A stretch of DNA of 10,677 nt from Candidatus Hermodarchaeota archaeon. GTDB lineage: Archaea; Asgardarchaeota; Hermodarchaeia; Hermodarchaeales; Hermodarchaeaceae. Below are positions 1-7,776 of this stretch, piece after piece (position 1 is the stretch's first letter; each line of letters begins with the position of its first letter). The DNA lies in NCBI GenBank assembly GCA_016839805.1, contig JAEOTO010000045.1, positions 1 to 10,677 on the forward strand. Reading direction: 5' to 3'. The position numbers were made by a program, and so were the translations under genes. The notes under the pieces were generated by a model. It had not been told where the DNA came from. It saw only the letters and a list, made by a program, of their open reading frames with translations, and searched no databases.

Positions 1-66
1 ATATTTCTTATTCAGAAAAAATAATTATATGTCAAGGACATGTACCAGTGCAAAGAGGCATTGAAA

Positions 67-243
67 ATGAACTGGAGCCCACGCCATACCCGAGTCCTTA
101 TCGCGATAATCATTGGCACCATTATTGGTATTATCTGTAGTTGGTTCTTTACCAACCTTCTCTACCTCCCTCTCATAATCATGTGTTCAGCATTAATCGT
201 GCTCTTCTGTAAAAGTGCTCCCGAAATCCCTCCTGAGGAATAA
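67..243 (+). CDS. Small membrane protein with two predicted TM helices, function unknown
   Basis: ORF 40..243; I prefer the ATG at 67 (MNWSPRH). Two hydrophobic segments (VLIAIIIGTIIGIICSWFF, LLYLPLIIMCSALIVLFC) and an acidic Pro-rich tail. C-ending codon style matches the neighbouring genes. Confidence 0.6.
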   Translation: MNWSPRHTRVLIAIIIGTIIGIICSWFFTNLLYLPLIIMCSALIVLFCKSAPEIPPEE

Positions 244-405
244 GAAAAATTCTACACCGAGTAAACCTTATTGGAATCCTGATTAGGTGCAATTTTCCCC
301 TCTTATCGCACTTTTTCCTGGGTAAAACGGTCACTTTCAGCCTAATTTGCACCATGATTCATCTCAATAGCGATAATTTGTTTTTATCGGATATCAAAAC
401 GAGGT

Positions 406-439
406 GAAAGTTTAAATATGGGCTTTAGGCAAGCCTAAA
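406..439 (+). promoter_or_regulatory. Archaeal BRE/TATA promoter followed by a palindromic operator (DtxR-like core)
   Basis: GAAAG (406-410) and TTTAAATA (411-418), about 40 nt upstream of ATG 456, then a perfect inverted repeat TTTAGGC-AA-GCCTAAA at 424-439. Confidence 0.6.
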
Positions 440-455
440 TCATAAGTGATCAACC

Positions 456-926
456 ATGTCTTCTTCAGGTCATAACCATGTCGCTGGCGAAGCCCGGCGA
501 AGCCATCAAATCCAAATCGGACTTTTCATTTTCTTTATTATCATCTGGATTCTGGATTCCTTTCTCCTCAGAATAACACCTCTTGTGTACCTCGTCCCCC
601 TCTATCTCAATGTAATTCCCGGAATTATCATTATTATCAGTGCATTAGTACTCATGCAAAAATCGCACATCATCTTTGAAGGCCCCGAACCCCATGTCGT
701 GACAACCAGTGTCTATAGTCGGGTGCGACATCCCATGTATCTAGGTTCAATCCTTTTGTATTTCGGCTTCTGGATCACAACACTATCACTCATCACCCTT
801 CTCCCACTCCTCTGCGTCATCGTAGGCTACAATTACCTTGCCAACGCCGAAGAACAGCTCCTAGAAGAGAAGTTTGGTGATGAATACCTGGAGTACAAGA
901 AACGTGTTGGAAAATGGATCCCCTGA
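456..926 (+). CDS. Isoprenylcysteine carboxyl methyltransferase (ICMT/PEMT)-family membrane methyltransferase
   Basis: About 4 TM helices; family motifs VVTTSVYSRVRHPMYLG and EEQLLEEKFGDEYLEYKKRVGKWIP (RHPxY...EE...FG..Y..Y). Confidence 0.9.
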   Translation: MSSSGHNHVAGEARRSHQIQIGLFIFFIIIWILDSFLLRITPLVYLVPLYLNVIPGIIIIISALVLMQKSHIIFEGPEPHVVTTSVYSRVRHPMYLGSILLYFGFWITTLSLITLLPLLCVIVGYNYLANAEEQLLEEKFGDEYLEYKKRVGKWIP

Positions 927-941
927 CTCGTTTCACTTCAT

Positions 942-1487
942 CTATTTCACTCCATGAGGTAAGATTTTCGGCTCTTTCCATTCGTCACGGAGAATGCCGT
1001 AAAGGGCAAGATCCCGGAAACGACCCACACTGAACAATACTTTTCGGAGTACGCCTTCCTTTTTGAAACCGTTCTTTTCTAAGACGCGCTTTGAGGCAAC
1101 GTTTTCCTCCATGATTAAAGCTTGAATTCGTTGCCATTCCTTATCTAAAAAGAGATAATCTACCATCATTGTAACAGCTTCAGTGCAGAAACCTTTCCTC
1201 CGATGGTCTGGAACTAGCATGTATCCAATCTCTTTTGTTGACATATATCCGCCAAAACGCGTCATGAAATGGGTGATCCACCCGACGGGTGTACCATCTT
1301 TTGCCTCAATAATGAAAGTAGCACTATCGGGTTGCTCCTCATCAAATTTTTTTTCGACAGCAGCGACGGAGCGAGGAAACGGGATGAAGAATTCACCCAC
1401 AAAATCAGGATCATTCATCCATTTAGCGTAGGTGGGAATATCTTCCTTTTCCATAATTCGCAAATTAATTTTGTTACCTCTGAACAT
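942..1487 (-). CDS. GNAT family N-acetyltransferase, RimJ/RimL-like
   Basis: N-terminus GNKINLRIMEKED, acetyl-CoA motif EIGYMLVPDHRRKGFCTEA, NVASKRVLEKNGFKKEGVLRK and DLALYGILRDEW. GGAGG RBS precedes the ATG at 1487 (ORF track opens at TTG 1490). Confidence 0.92.
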   Translation of the reverse strand: MFRGNKINLRIMEKEDIPTYAKWMNDPDFVGEFFIPFPRSVAAVEKKFDEEQPDSATFIIEAKDGTPVGWITHFMTRFGGYMSTKEIGYMLVPDHRRKGFCTEAVTMMVDYLFLDKEWQRIQALIMEENVASKRVLEKNGFKKEGVLRKVLFSVGRFRDLALYGILRDEWKEPKILPHGVK

Positions 1488-1925
1488 CAAAACCCTCCTG
1501 CATCAGATGTTCCGTCTAACTACCCAAAAAAACTATGGAAACTGTGTAAAACTTCAAGTTTTGGGGTTCTATGATGTAAAACAGAAGTTTCACGTCGTTT
1601 CTGAGGGGCTTCGAATGGTTGGTTGTTATCAATAAGAGAGATATTTGGGAATCAATTATGTATGTTCGTTGTATCGAAAGATTTGATTATTTAGTTGTCA
1701 TTTTTAATATTTAATACCTTTTATGTTCAATGTGTTTATATCACTAAATGTTTATTTAGAATTGATTCTATTATGTTTTATTTTCATTTGATGTATTGGG
1801 TTATCTCTCAGTTTTCGACCCATCGAAAATAAAATGGTTTCACGTCATCTGAAAATCGCCTGAGCGAAACAAGAAAGCTTACGCTGAAATAATTTCCAGG
1901 TCTCAGTAGGGACATATAGCCACTA

Positions 1926-2327
1926 CTAGGCGTACTGGCCCTCGCTACGAGGTGGCAACCGTTCCAAGGCACGCCATGCGGCTTGTCGAACTTGCTCGTC
2001 AGGATCCTTACGGGCTTGGAAAATTGCCCCTAAGACACGGGGTTCTGACCGAATGTGCCCTAAAGCTTCCACGGCATAGCGTCGTGACGCAGGATTATCG
2101 CTGTTCATTGTATCTAATAACGGATCAATAGCTGGTTTACCAATGCGACCCAAAGAGAGGGCGGCAAGCTTGCGAGTGTATTCGTCGTCTTGTTCATGGA
2201 GAACCTGGACTAGTTGCATCACCGCTAATGCGCCAATCTCTGCTAGCGCAGTACTGGCTCGTAGCCCTTCGCGACCTGGTTTACTCAGTTCTTTGATGAG
2301 CTCCTCGATACGTTGCTCTACATTCAC
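1926..2327 (-). CDS. HEAT-repeat (PBS lyase HEAT-like) protein
   Basis: Repeated helical units ASTALAEIG / AALSLGRIG / AVEALGHI / VRQAAWRALERL. The ORF track starts at TTG 2342, but GGAGG (2340-2336) sits 8 nt before GTG 2327, the likelier start. Confidence 0.85.
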   Translation of the reverse strand: MNVEQRIEELIKELSKPGREGLRASTALAEIGALAVMQLVQVLHEQDDEYTRKLAALSLGRIGKPAIDPLLDTMNSDNPASRRYAVEALGHIRSEPRVLGAIFQARKDPDEQVRQAAWRALERLPPRSEGQYA

Positions 2328-2593
2328 TGGCAAATCCTCCAACGAATAGACATTACATAATCGTATGCTTTGAGTGTTTCGATTTCAGTATATTTGTCAA
2401 AATCCCTGTTTTACTAAACAAAAAAGAACCATGTACTACATTTCCATTAACAAGCTGATGAGTGTCAATTTTTTTATATTTATTCATAAAAACTAAACTT
2501 AGGCTGCGTATTCTCCCTGATGTCTGTTATTCTATCTGGACTTCTCATCCTAATGTTACCTCTCAAAAAATATGATAATTTTGCATTATGTGT

Positions 2594-2619
2594 TTTCACA
2601 CTAATTTTAGAATGTGAAA
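2594..2619. terminator. Hairpin just downstream of the 259-aa GNAT stop; possible terminator or protein-binding site
   Basis: TTTCACA (2594-2600) pairs with TGTGAAA (2613-2619), with an inner CTAA/TTAG pair. It lies about 25 nt past the stop codon at 2644. Confidence 0.25.
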
Positions 2620-2643
2620 CGGTGAATTTGGTATGAATGGTCA

Positions 2644-3423
2644 TTATTCCTTGGCGAGACGATACCAGTAGGTATAGGCATCTTTGAATCCGAGGTTATA
2701 GTAGAGTTGTTGGGCAGATTTATTCGGTTCCGACACTTGCAAATAGGCTTTCTTAGCTCCTTGACTTTGCGCCCAGCTTACCAAGCTCTGGGTAATCGAT
2801 ATAGCTACACGTTGACGACGATACTTTTCTTGCGTGACAAGCGAAAACAATCCTAGCCAATGACCATCAAGCACACCCATTCCAACACCGATAATCTTAT
2901 CACCCTTTATCGCGGCAGCACAGGCTTTATCACTAGAAATTCGTGAAATAATATCTCGCCTGACACGAAATCTTGTAGGTTCAAATTCAGCGTATTCACA
3001 ATAGGCCCTATACCAGTCTTCCCAAGGTTCACCCATGATTACAACCCCAACTTCGGTCTCATTTGTGAGAACATCGTTGAGGTTAGCAGTCTGGACAATC
3101 ACATGCATCTCGATTTCCAGACCATATGATTGTAATTCCTCGTCAAGGTTGGTGGGTTGACTAGCTTTTGTCATTTGAAATTGCACAGGGAGCTGGTGCA
3201 TGCCATAGAATTCTTGAACCACTTCCAAAGCTTTCTTAATGTCTCCTTTCGGGGGATCGTGTAACGGAAGAACACTATTTGCTCGATGGGTTACGCCATC
3301 GGTGCTCCGAAGTAACCATCCACCAAGTTGTTGGGTGTGTTTAGCAGGCCAGGCACGAGCTGCAATTTCTTCAATTTCCATAATTTGATTCGTGGATACC
3401 ACTTCGATCACTTTAGTTCGCAC
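2644..3423 (-). CDS. GNAT family N-acetyltransferase, two-domain type (Rv0428c-like)
   Basis: N-terminal AARAWPA...LGGWLLR...GVTHRANSV; C-terminal GNAT LFSLVTQEKYRRQRVA...AYLQVSEPNKSAQQLYYNLGF. AGGAG RBS precedes the GTG start. Confidence 0.88.
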   Translation of the reverse strand: MRTKVIEVVSTNQIMEIEEIAARAWPAKHTQQLGGWLLRSTDGVTHRANSVLPLHDPPKGDIKKALEVVQEFYGMHQLPVQFQMTKASQPTNLDEELQSYGLEIEMHVIVQTANLNDVLTNETEVGVVIMGEPWEDWYRAYCEYAEFEPTRFRVRRDIISRISSDKACAAAIKGDKIIGVGMGVLDGHWLGLFSLVTQEKYRRQRVAISITQSLVSWAQSQGAKKAYLQVSEPNKSAQQLYYNLGFKDAYTYWYRLAKE

Positions 3424-3709
3424 ACACTGTGAACTCCTATTTTTACTCTTCTCTTAGCCTGAACGAAAGCACGACTTTAACCTGTTGTTTTGGTTTAATG
3501 ATTTGAGTCGGGTACAGAACCGAAAAAAACCCATTAAATTCAATGAAATTATTGAATTCTGCTCCACTCTCACTCATTACAATTTTGAGTAAATCATGAG
3601 AAATGAATCGTTACATTCACAATAGGGATACCTTTTATTTAGGTTCTCAACTGCTATGTTATCATCGAATTTGGGTTGGCGGAATTCCTCTAATAGGGTA
3701 GGAGTGATT

Positions 3710-4528
3710 ATGGCGATTCACAGCTTCTATGTTATTGCCTGGGACTCAGGACAACCCCTCTATCATAGAACCTTTGTCGAAGTCTCCGATAATCCAACCC
3801 TTCTATCCGGATTATTAGCCAGTGTTGAACTTCTTGCCTTGAAAATTACACAGCAACACGTGAATGTAGTAACCATGCGCGATTCACGGTTTCTCTTCAA
3901 AGTCGATAATGATAACGGTTTATTACTGGTTTTTATCACTGATATTACTGAAGACCCTGAACGATTCAGCGAATACCTCGATATGCTCCATGAACGCTTC
4001 TTAGAAATCTTTGAAGACCCCGCACACAAATTACCCGTCTATCAACGGGACCCCCGACGAGCCAAAGTCTTTGACGAACTCGTTGACAGCCTTGTTTCCC
4101 ATTGGGAAACGGGTGAAGCTAGCATCCTTTCGGCTAAAATCATGGATATTCTCGACGTGTACACGGTCTTCTACAACCTCACCCTACAAAAGATTCTCTC
4201 AGACCGGTCTCGTGAAATGCATTACCCAGATATCAAACGAATCTTCGAAACACACCTACAATCTGATCCCGCACTTCGCCATATGTCTGTAGACCAACAC
4301 GGTGTCGTTTCCTATGATCAGGTAAACCCTGATCTAGTTCGTCTTCAGTCCCTCGTTGATACTTTACATCTGATCCTACAAGAACTCATCGCCATTGCCA
4401 GACGCACTCGGCGCAGACAGAGTTATGAAACGCTATTCTTTGAACACTTTGCCCCGATGATAAAAGCCGAAAACGAACGCTTAAAGGAATATAACCTCAC
4501 AGAAAAATTAGTGATGGAACTGCTATGA
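3710..4528 (+). CDS. Longin-domain protein (TRAPP Bet5/Trs23- or adaptin sigma/mu-like N-terminus) with an uncharacterised, probably helical C-terminal domain
   Basis: GGAGTGA RBS precedes ATG 3710 (ORF track opens at 3656). Longin pattern: beta-hairpin MAIHSFYVIAWDSGQPLYHRTF, helix LLSGLLASVELLA, three strands (VNVVTM, RFLFKV, LLLVFITD), helix FSEYLDMLHERFLEIF, helix FDELVDSLV. The stop overlaps the GTPase start (ATGA). Confidence 0.75.
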   Translation: MAIHSFYVIAWDSGQPLYHRTFVEVSDNPTLLSGLLASVELLALKITQQHVNVVTMRDSRFLFKVDNDNGLLLVFITDITEDPERFSEYLDMLHERFLEIFEDPAHKLPVYQRDPRRAKVFDELVDSLVSHWETGEASILSAKIMDILDVYTVFYNLTLQKILSDRSREMHYPDIKRIFETHLQSDPALRHMSVDQHGVVSYDQVNPDLVRLQSLVDTLHLILQELIAIARRTRRRQSYETLFFEHFAPMIKAENERLKEYNLTEKLVMELL

Positions 4529-5073
4529 CACCACCTCCCTCAACATCACACACGGAAGAGCCCACCTATAGTTATCGGGCTAAAGTTGTGGTAGTTGGGG
4601 ATCCTGCAGTGGGAAAAACTAGCCTGGTCGTTCGATACGTTAAGGGTGTTTTTAATCCCTCCTATATCCTTACCCTGGGTGTTAATTTCTTTGTCCAAGA
4701 CATATCAATAGGCGACAACAAGCTGCGTATGAATATCTGGGATACAGCCGGACAAGAACGATTTGGTCCTATTCGGAAAAAGTATTACAAGGGTGCCCGT
4801 GGGGCAGTTTTGGTGTTCGACCAGACGAATCGAGAAAGTTTTGAAAGGTTATCCTTTTGGATTGATGAAGTTAAACGTTCATGTGGAGAAATTCCCATGA
4901 TTATCGTAGGTAACAAAGCTGACCTGATTTCATCTATAGATGAAACTGATGCACAGGAATTTGCTGCCCAACATCAACTCACCTATGTCGAAACAAGCGC
5001 CAAAACGGGTATGAATAGCATCCGCCCCTTCCGTCTTCTTGCACCCCTCATGTTAGATAACATGGGTGTGTGA
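4525..5073 (+). CDS. Rab-like small GTPase (Ras superfamily) without a C-terminal prenylation motif
   Basis: G1 GDPAVGKT, G2 YILTLG, G3 WDTAGQE, G4 GNKAD, G5 ETSAK. RabF-like motifs LGVNF, RMNIW, RFGPI, YYKGA, LVFDQT. Ends ...MLDNMGV. Confidence 0.95.
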   Translation: MTPPPSTSHTEEPTYSYRAKVVVVGDPAVGKTSLVVRYVKGVFNPSYILTLGVNFFVQDISIGDNKLRMNIWDTAGQERFGPIRKKYYKGARGAVLVFDQTNRESFERLSFWIDEVKRSCGEIPMIIVGNKADLISSIDETDAQEFAAQHQLTYVETSAKTGMNSIRPFRLLAPLMLDNMGV

Positions 5074-5118
5074 GAATCACCTATTCAACCAGATTAGGGT
5101 TCTCCCAATATTGTACCG

Positions 5119-5147
5119 GTTTTTTCACACGAGGGCTTGCTTTTTTT
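5119..5147 (+). terminator. Candidate archaeal oligo-T terminator after the longin-GTPase pair
   Basis: Two T7 runs (5119-5125 and 5141-5147), 45-75 nt after the GTPase stop. Confidence 0.35.
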
Positions 5148-5178
5148 GGTCATGAAATGTATAATCCTGCTACCGGTG

Positions 5179-6357
5179 ATGTCATTGGTTATCCAAGAAC
5201 GCGATGAGAGTTTTTTCAACTTCCTAACTCCCTCCATTATGACTATTTTAGGCGTATTACTTTTAACAATAGGTGCAATTGTTCTCATTCTCATCCACTT
5301 TGCTATCCCAATCTTAAGCCCCGATGACATCATACAAAACCTACAGTTGAACCTTTTTGGTCAAATCATAGGGACTATCGTTGTGCTAGGCTTTTTGATA
5401 CCGTTTTTCAAGGTGAAAGATGTTGAGACTAAACCAATATCGCCAATAAACATCGCTAAGGTTGTGGGTGTGGCTTGTCTAGCTCTTACTGTCGCTATCT
5501 TACTTGCATTTCTCCTCTTTGTCATCTTTACGACTCTAGGAATGCCCATTGAACACTCTTATGGCGATCTCATTTTGGGTCTGGATCAACTAGCAAATCC
5601 CTGGAATATTGTGCTCTTCTTTGCTACCGCATCCCTTGGGGCAGCAATCTTTGAAGAACTCATCTTCCGGCGCATGCTCATCCCCACCCTGGAAATCCGG
5701 GGCATGGCCCCAATCGCCGCTGTCATTGCATCTAGCTTAGGATTCGCAATGATTCATGTCCCAAACGATCTCCTTTTTGGTAGCCCAAGTTATGTGATCT
5801 CACATTTCATCACGAGTGTTGCCCTCGGCCTCTTCCTGGGGTTCGTCTATGTCACAACACGCAATGTTATCTACCCCATGATTATTCACGGCTTCATCAA
5901 TTTCATCGGTTTTACCGAAAGCATCCTCCTCAGCCTTAATAACCTCGCACTCCTCCTTTTCTACACTGGCATCCTCCTCATAATTTGGATAATCGGTATC
6001 ATCGTCGCCGGAATCGCACTCTTCTATTACCTACGCGAACCCCAACCTACCTGGGTAAAAACTCTCCAAATCAAATCCCGCATTAACATTCTTCCAGGAC
6101 TCATCGGTTATCTCATAATCGGTTTCATGTTGATTTTACTTCCAATAGCCCTTGATCTCGTCGTGACAATCCTTTTCTTCCCCATCCTTCCCCTCATCTA
6201 CTTCGGATTATTCCTAGCCTACATACTCCTCTTTGCCCTCATACTCTGGCTCGTCAACAACATCAAATATGAACCCAGCTCACCAGATGAAGAACCCCCA
6301 CCAACCAGACTCTATGAAAAAGCCAGTGAGGTTAAGCTGGAACCTCACCAAGAATAA
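5179..6357 (+). CDS. CPBP-family (Rce1/Abi, type II CAAX protease-like) intramembrane glutamic protease with extra TM helices
   Basis: Motifs FEELIFRR (EExxxR), FAMIH (FxxxH) and IIHGFIN (HxxxN); about 10 hydrophobic segments. Likely ATG at 5179 after GGTG (ORF track opens at TTG 5137). Confidence 0.92.
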   Translation: MSLVIQERDESFFNFLTPSIMTILGVLLLTIGAIVLILIHFAIPILSPDDIIQNLQLNLFGQIIGTIVVLGFLIPFFKVKDVETKPISPINIAKVVGVACLALTVAILLAFLLFVIFTTLGMPIEHSYGDLILGLDQLANPWNIVLFFATASLGAAIFEELIFRRMLIPTLEIRGMAPIAAVIASSLGFAMIHVPNDLLFGSPSYVISHFITSVALGLFLGFVYVTTRNVIYPMIIHGFINFIGFTESILLSLNNLALLLFYTGILLIIWIIGIIVAGIALFYYLREPQPTWVKTLQIKSRINILPGLIGYLIIGFMLILLPIALDLVVTILFFPILPLIYFGLFLAYILLFALILWLVNNIKYEPSSPDEEPPPTRLYEKASEVKLEPHQE

Positions 6358-7279
6358 GCGACAACCGACGCTGATTCCGACCACGCACAACCGTAACATC
6401 AACACGGCTCCCCACTTCCCGCTTCCGCAATTGTTCTTGGATCTCACCCATCGATGAAATTTTCTCTCCATCAAAAGCTACGATCACATCACCCTCTTGC
6501 AATCCCGCCCGTGCAACTGGGCTTCGCGGAACAACCTGTGCAATAAGCACGCCCTCCTTAACACCTAAAGAATAGGTACGAGCAATTTGTGGGTTCACAC
6601 TCACACCTAGAAATCCCATGTAAGCGCGTCGGACATGTCCAAACTCAATAATCTCCTCAGCAATCTCCTTCACAGTATTGATGGGAATGGCAAACCCTAT
6701 CCCCTGCGCCCAGGGCAACATCGCCGTATTAATACCAATCACATTGCCAATAATATCACATAAGGGACCTCCGCTGTTTCCAGGATTAATCGCAGCATCT
6801 GTTTGAATCAGCTTCTCCAGAACCACATTCTTCGCCTGGATTTGGCGTTGTACCGCGCTAATTACGCCCGTGGTAACTGTCGGACCACCAAGAATAAAGC
6901 CATACGGATTCCCCACCGCGATGGCTAGTTGACCCACTTCAAGCTTATCAGAGTCCCCTAACTTTGCAGGAATGAGCCCCCCATTCTCAACTTGGAGCAC
7001 TGCAATATCAACAAGTTGATCACTACCTAAGAGAGTCGCCTGATAGCGATCTCCACTTGCATCAGCAATGGAAATCCGTTGAGCTTTATCGATTACATGG
7101 CGGTTTGTGACGATATGATTACGATCATCGAGCACTACCCCCGAGCCCATACCACCAATGGGATGGACACGGTAGAAGTTCCGCATTAATGCAAGAGTAC
7201 TAACGCTGACCACGCTTGGTGTCACACGTTTCACTGCTTCAATAAGCTCGTCTTGAAAGGCATGAGTAGGGACTGGCAT
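6332..7279 (-). CDS. htrA: HtrA/DegP-family trypsin-like serine protease with one PDZ domain and no signal peptide or TM anchor
   Basis: Catalytic triad motifs IVTNRHVI, DIAVLQV and INPGNSGGPL; C-terminal PDZ (YMGFLG...PRSPVARAGLQEGDVIVAFDG). ATG 7279 is preferred over GTG 7294 because a TATA-like element lies about 30 nt upstream. Confidence 0.93.
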   Translation of the reverse strand: MPVPTHAFQDELIEAVKRVTPSVVSVSTLALMRNFYRVHPIGGMGSGVVLDDRNHIVTNRHVIDKAQRISIADASGDRYQATLLGSDQLVDIAVLQVENGGLIPAKLGDSDKLEVGQLAIAVGNPYGFILGGPTVTTGVISAVQRQIQAKNVVLEKLIQTDAAINPGNSGGPLCDIIGNVIGINTAMLPWAQGIGFAIPINTVKEIAEEIIEFGHVRRAYMGFLGVSVNPQIARTYSLGVKEGVLIAQVVPRSPVARAGLQEGDVIVAFDGEKISSMGEIQEQLRKREVGSRVDVTVVRGRNQRRLSLILGEVPA

Positions 7280-7287
7280 ACTATAGT

Positions 7288-7326
7288 TACTCACATTTTG
7301 TGAGTATTAAATCTTTTACACTCACA
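7288..7326 (-). promoter_or_regulatory. htrA promoter with an abutting palindromic operator
   Basis: The minus strand reads AAAAGA-TTTAATA (7318-7306). Perfect inverted repeat TACTCACA-TTT-TGTGAGTA at 7288-7306, and a third half-site CACTCACA at 7319-7326. Confidence 0.55.
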
Positions 7327-7776
7327 ACTTAACATAATAGAAAAGCGAATAAAATAAACAAACTCTTAGGGAATACTTTCCTTTTGCTCATATAAACCTT
7401 CGGGCTTTTCTGAAAAACATCTAATGAAAAATAAAGCTGTATTTCTATTTTGGTATCATTTCCATTTATCAAGTGTAGGTGGTAGCCCCTCTCTCTTCTT
7501 ACTTTTTCTTGCTTCCATTGGTGCAAAAGTCTATGGTGGTAGTAGTAGAGCTACATCCTGACGAATTCTTTGCCCAACTTGCCAACAAAATCACTGGGGA
7601 AAAAATACCACATGAATAAGCAGTACATAGAGGCAAGGAATCAAAGACAGGATACATGAAAGTGCCAAAAACACTCTTCTCACCGATAGCCGACGTTCTC
7701 ACCAGATTTGAGGTTACGAAGAAATTCAATATTATGGTAACAAGGCAAAAGCACAAACAATAGGGGGGACAATGAA

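Noticed and set aside
286-353. GGTGCAA (286-292)/TTGCACC (347-353) inverted repeat as a possible MITE or RNA stem
   Set aside because: Only 7 perfect bp, little internal pairing, no target-site duplication and no second copy in the window.
1183-1635. + strand ORFs 1183..1431, 1269..1574 and 1432..1635
   Set aside because: Antisense shadows of the RimJ/RimL GNAT or its promoter region; no recognisable motifs.
2143-2349. + strand 68-aa ORF
   Set aside because: Ser-rich antisense shadow of the HEAT-repeat gene.
3763-4292. ORFs 3763..4029 (-) and 4011..4292 (+)
   Set aside because: Fully inside the longin gene in other frames; no protein-like features.
5094-6474. ORFs 5094..5333 (-), 5361..5549 (-), 6233..6457 (+) and 6280..6474 (-)
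   Set aside because: They overlap the well-supported CPBP and HtrA genes in alternative frames.
7533-7619. Resemblance of VELHPDEFFAQLANKI to the N-terminal helix of eukaryotic SRP14
   Set aside because: Only 28 aa, a generic amphipathic helix, and no continuation of the fold in adjacent frames.
7329-7756. Minus-strand ORFs 7329..7526 (ends FLLC) and 7499..7756
   Set aside because: No clear RBS or family signal. The terminal Cys is not a CaaX arrangement, so I did not count it as a prenylation substrate.
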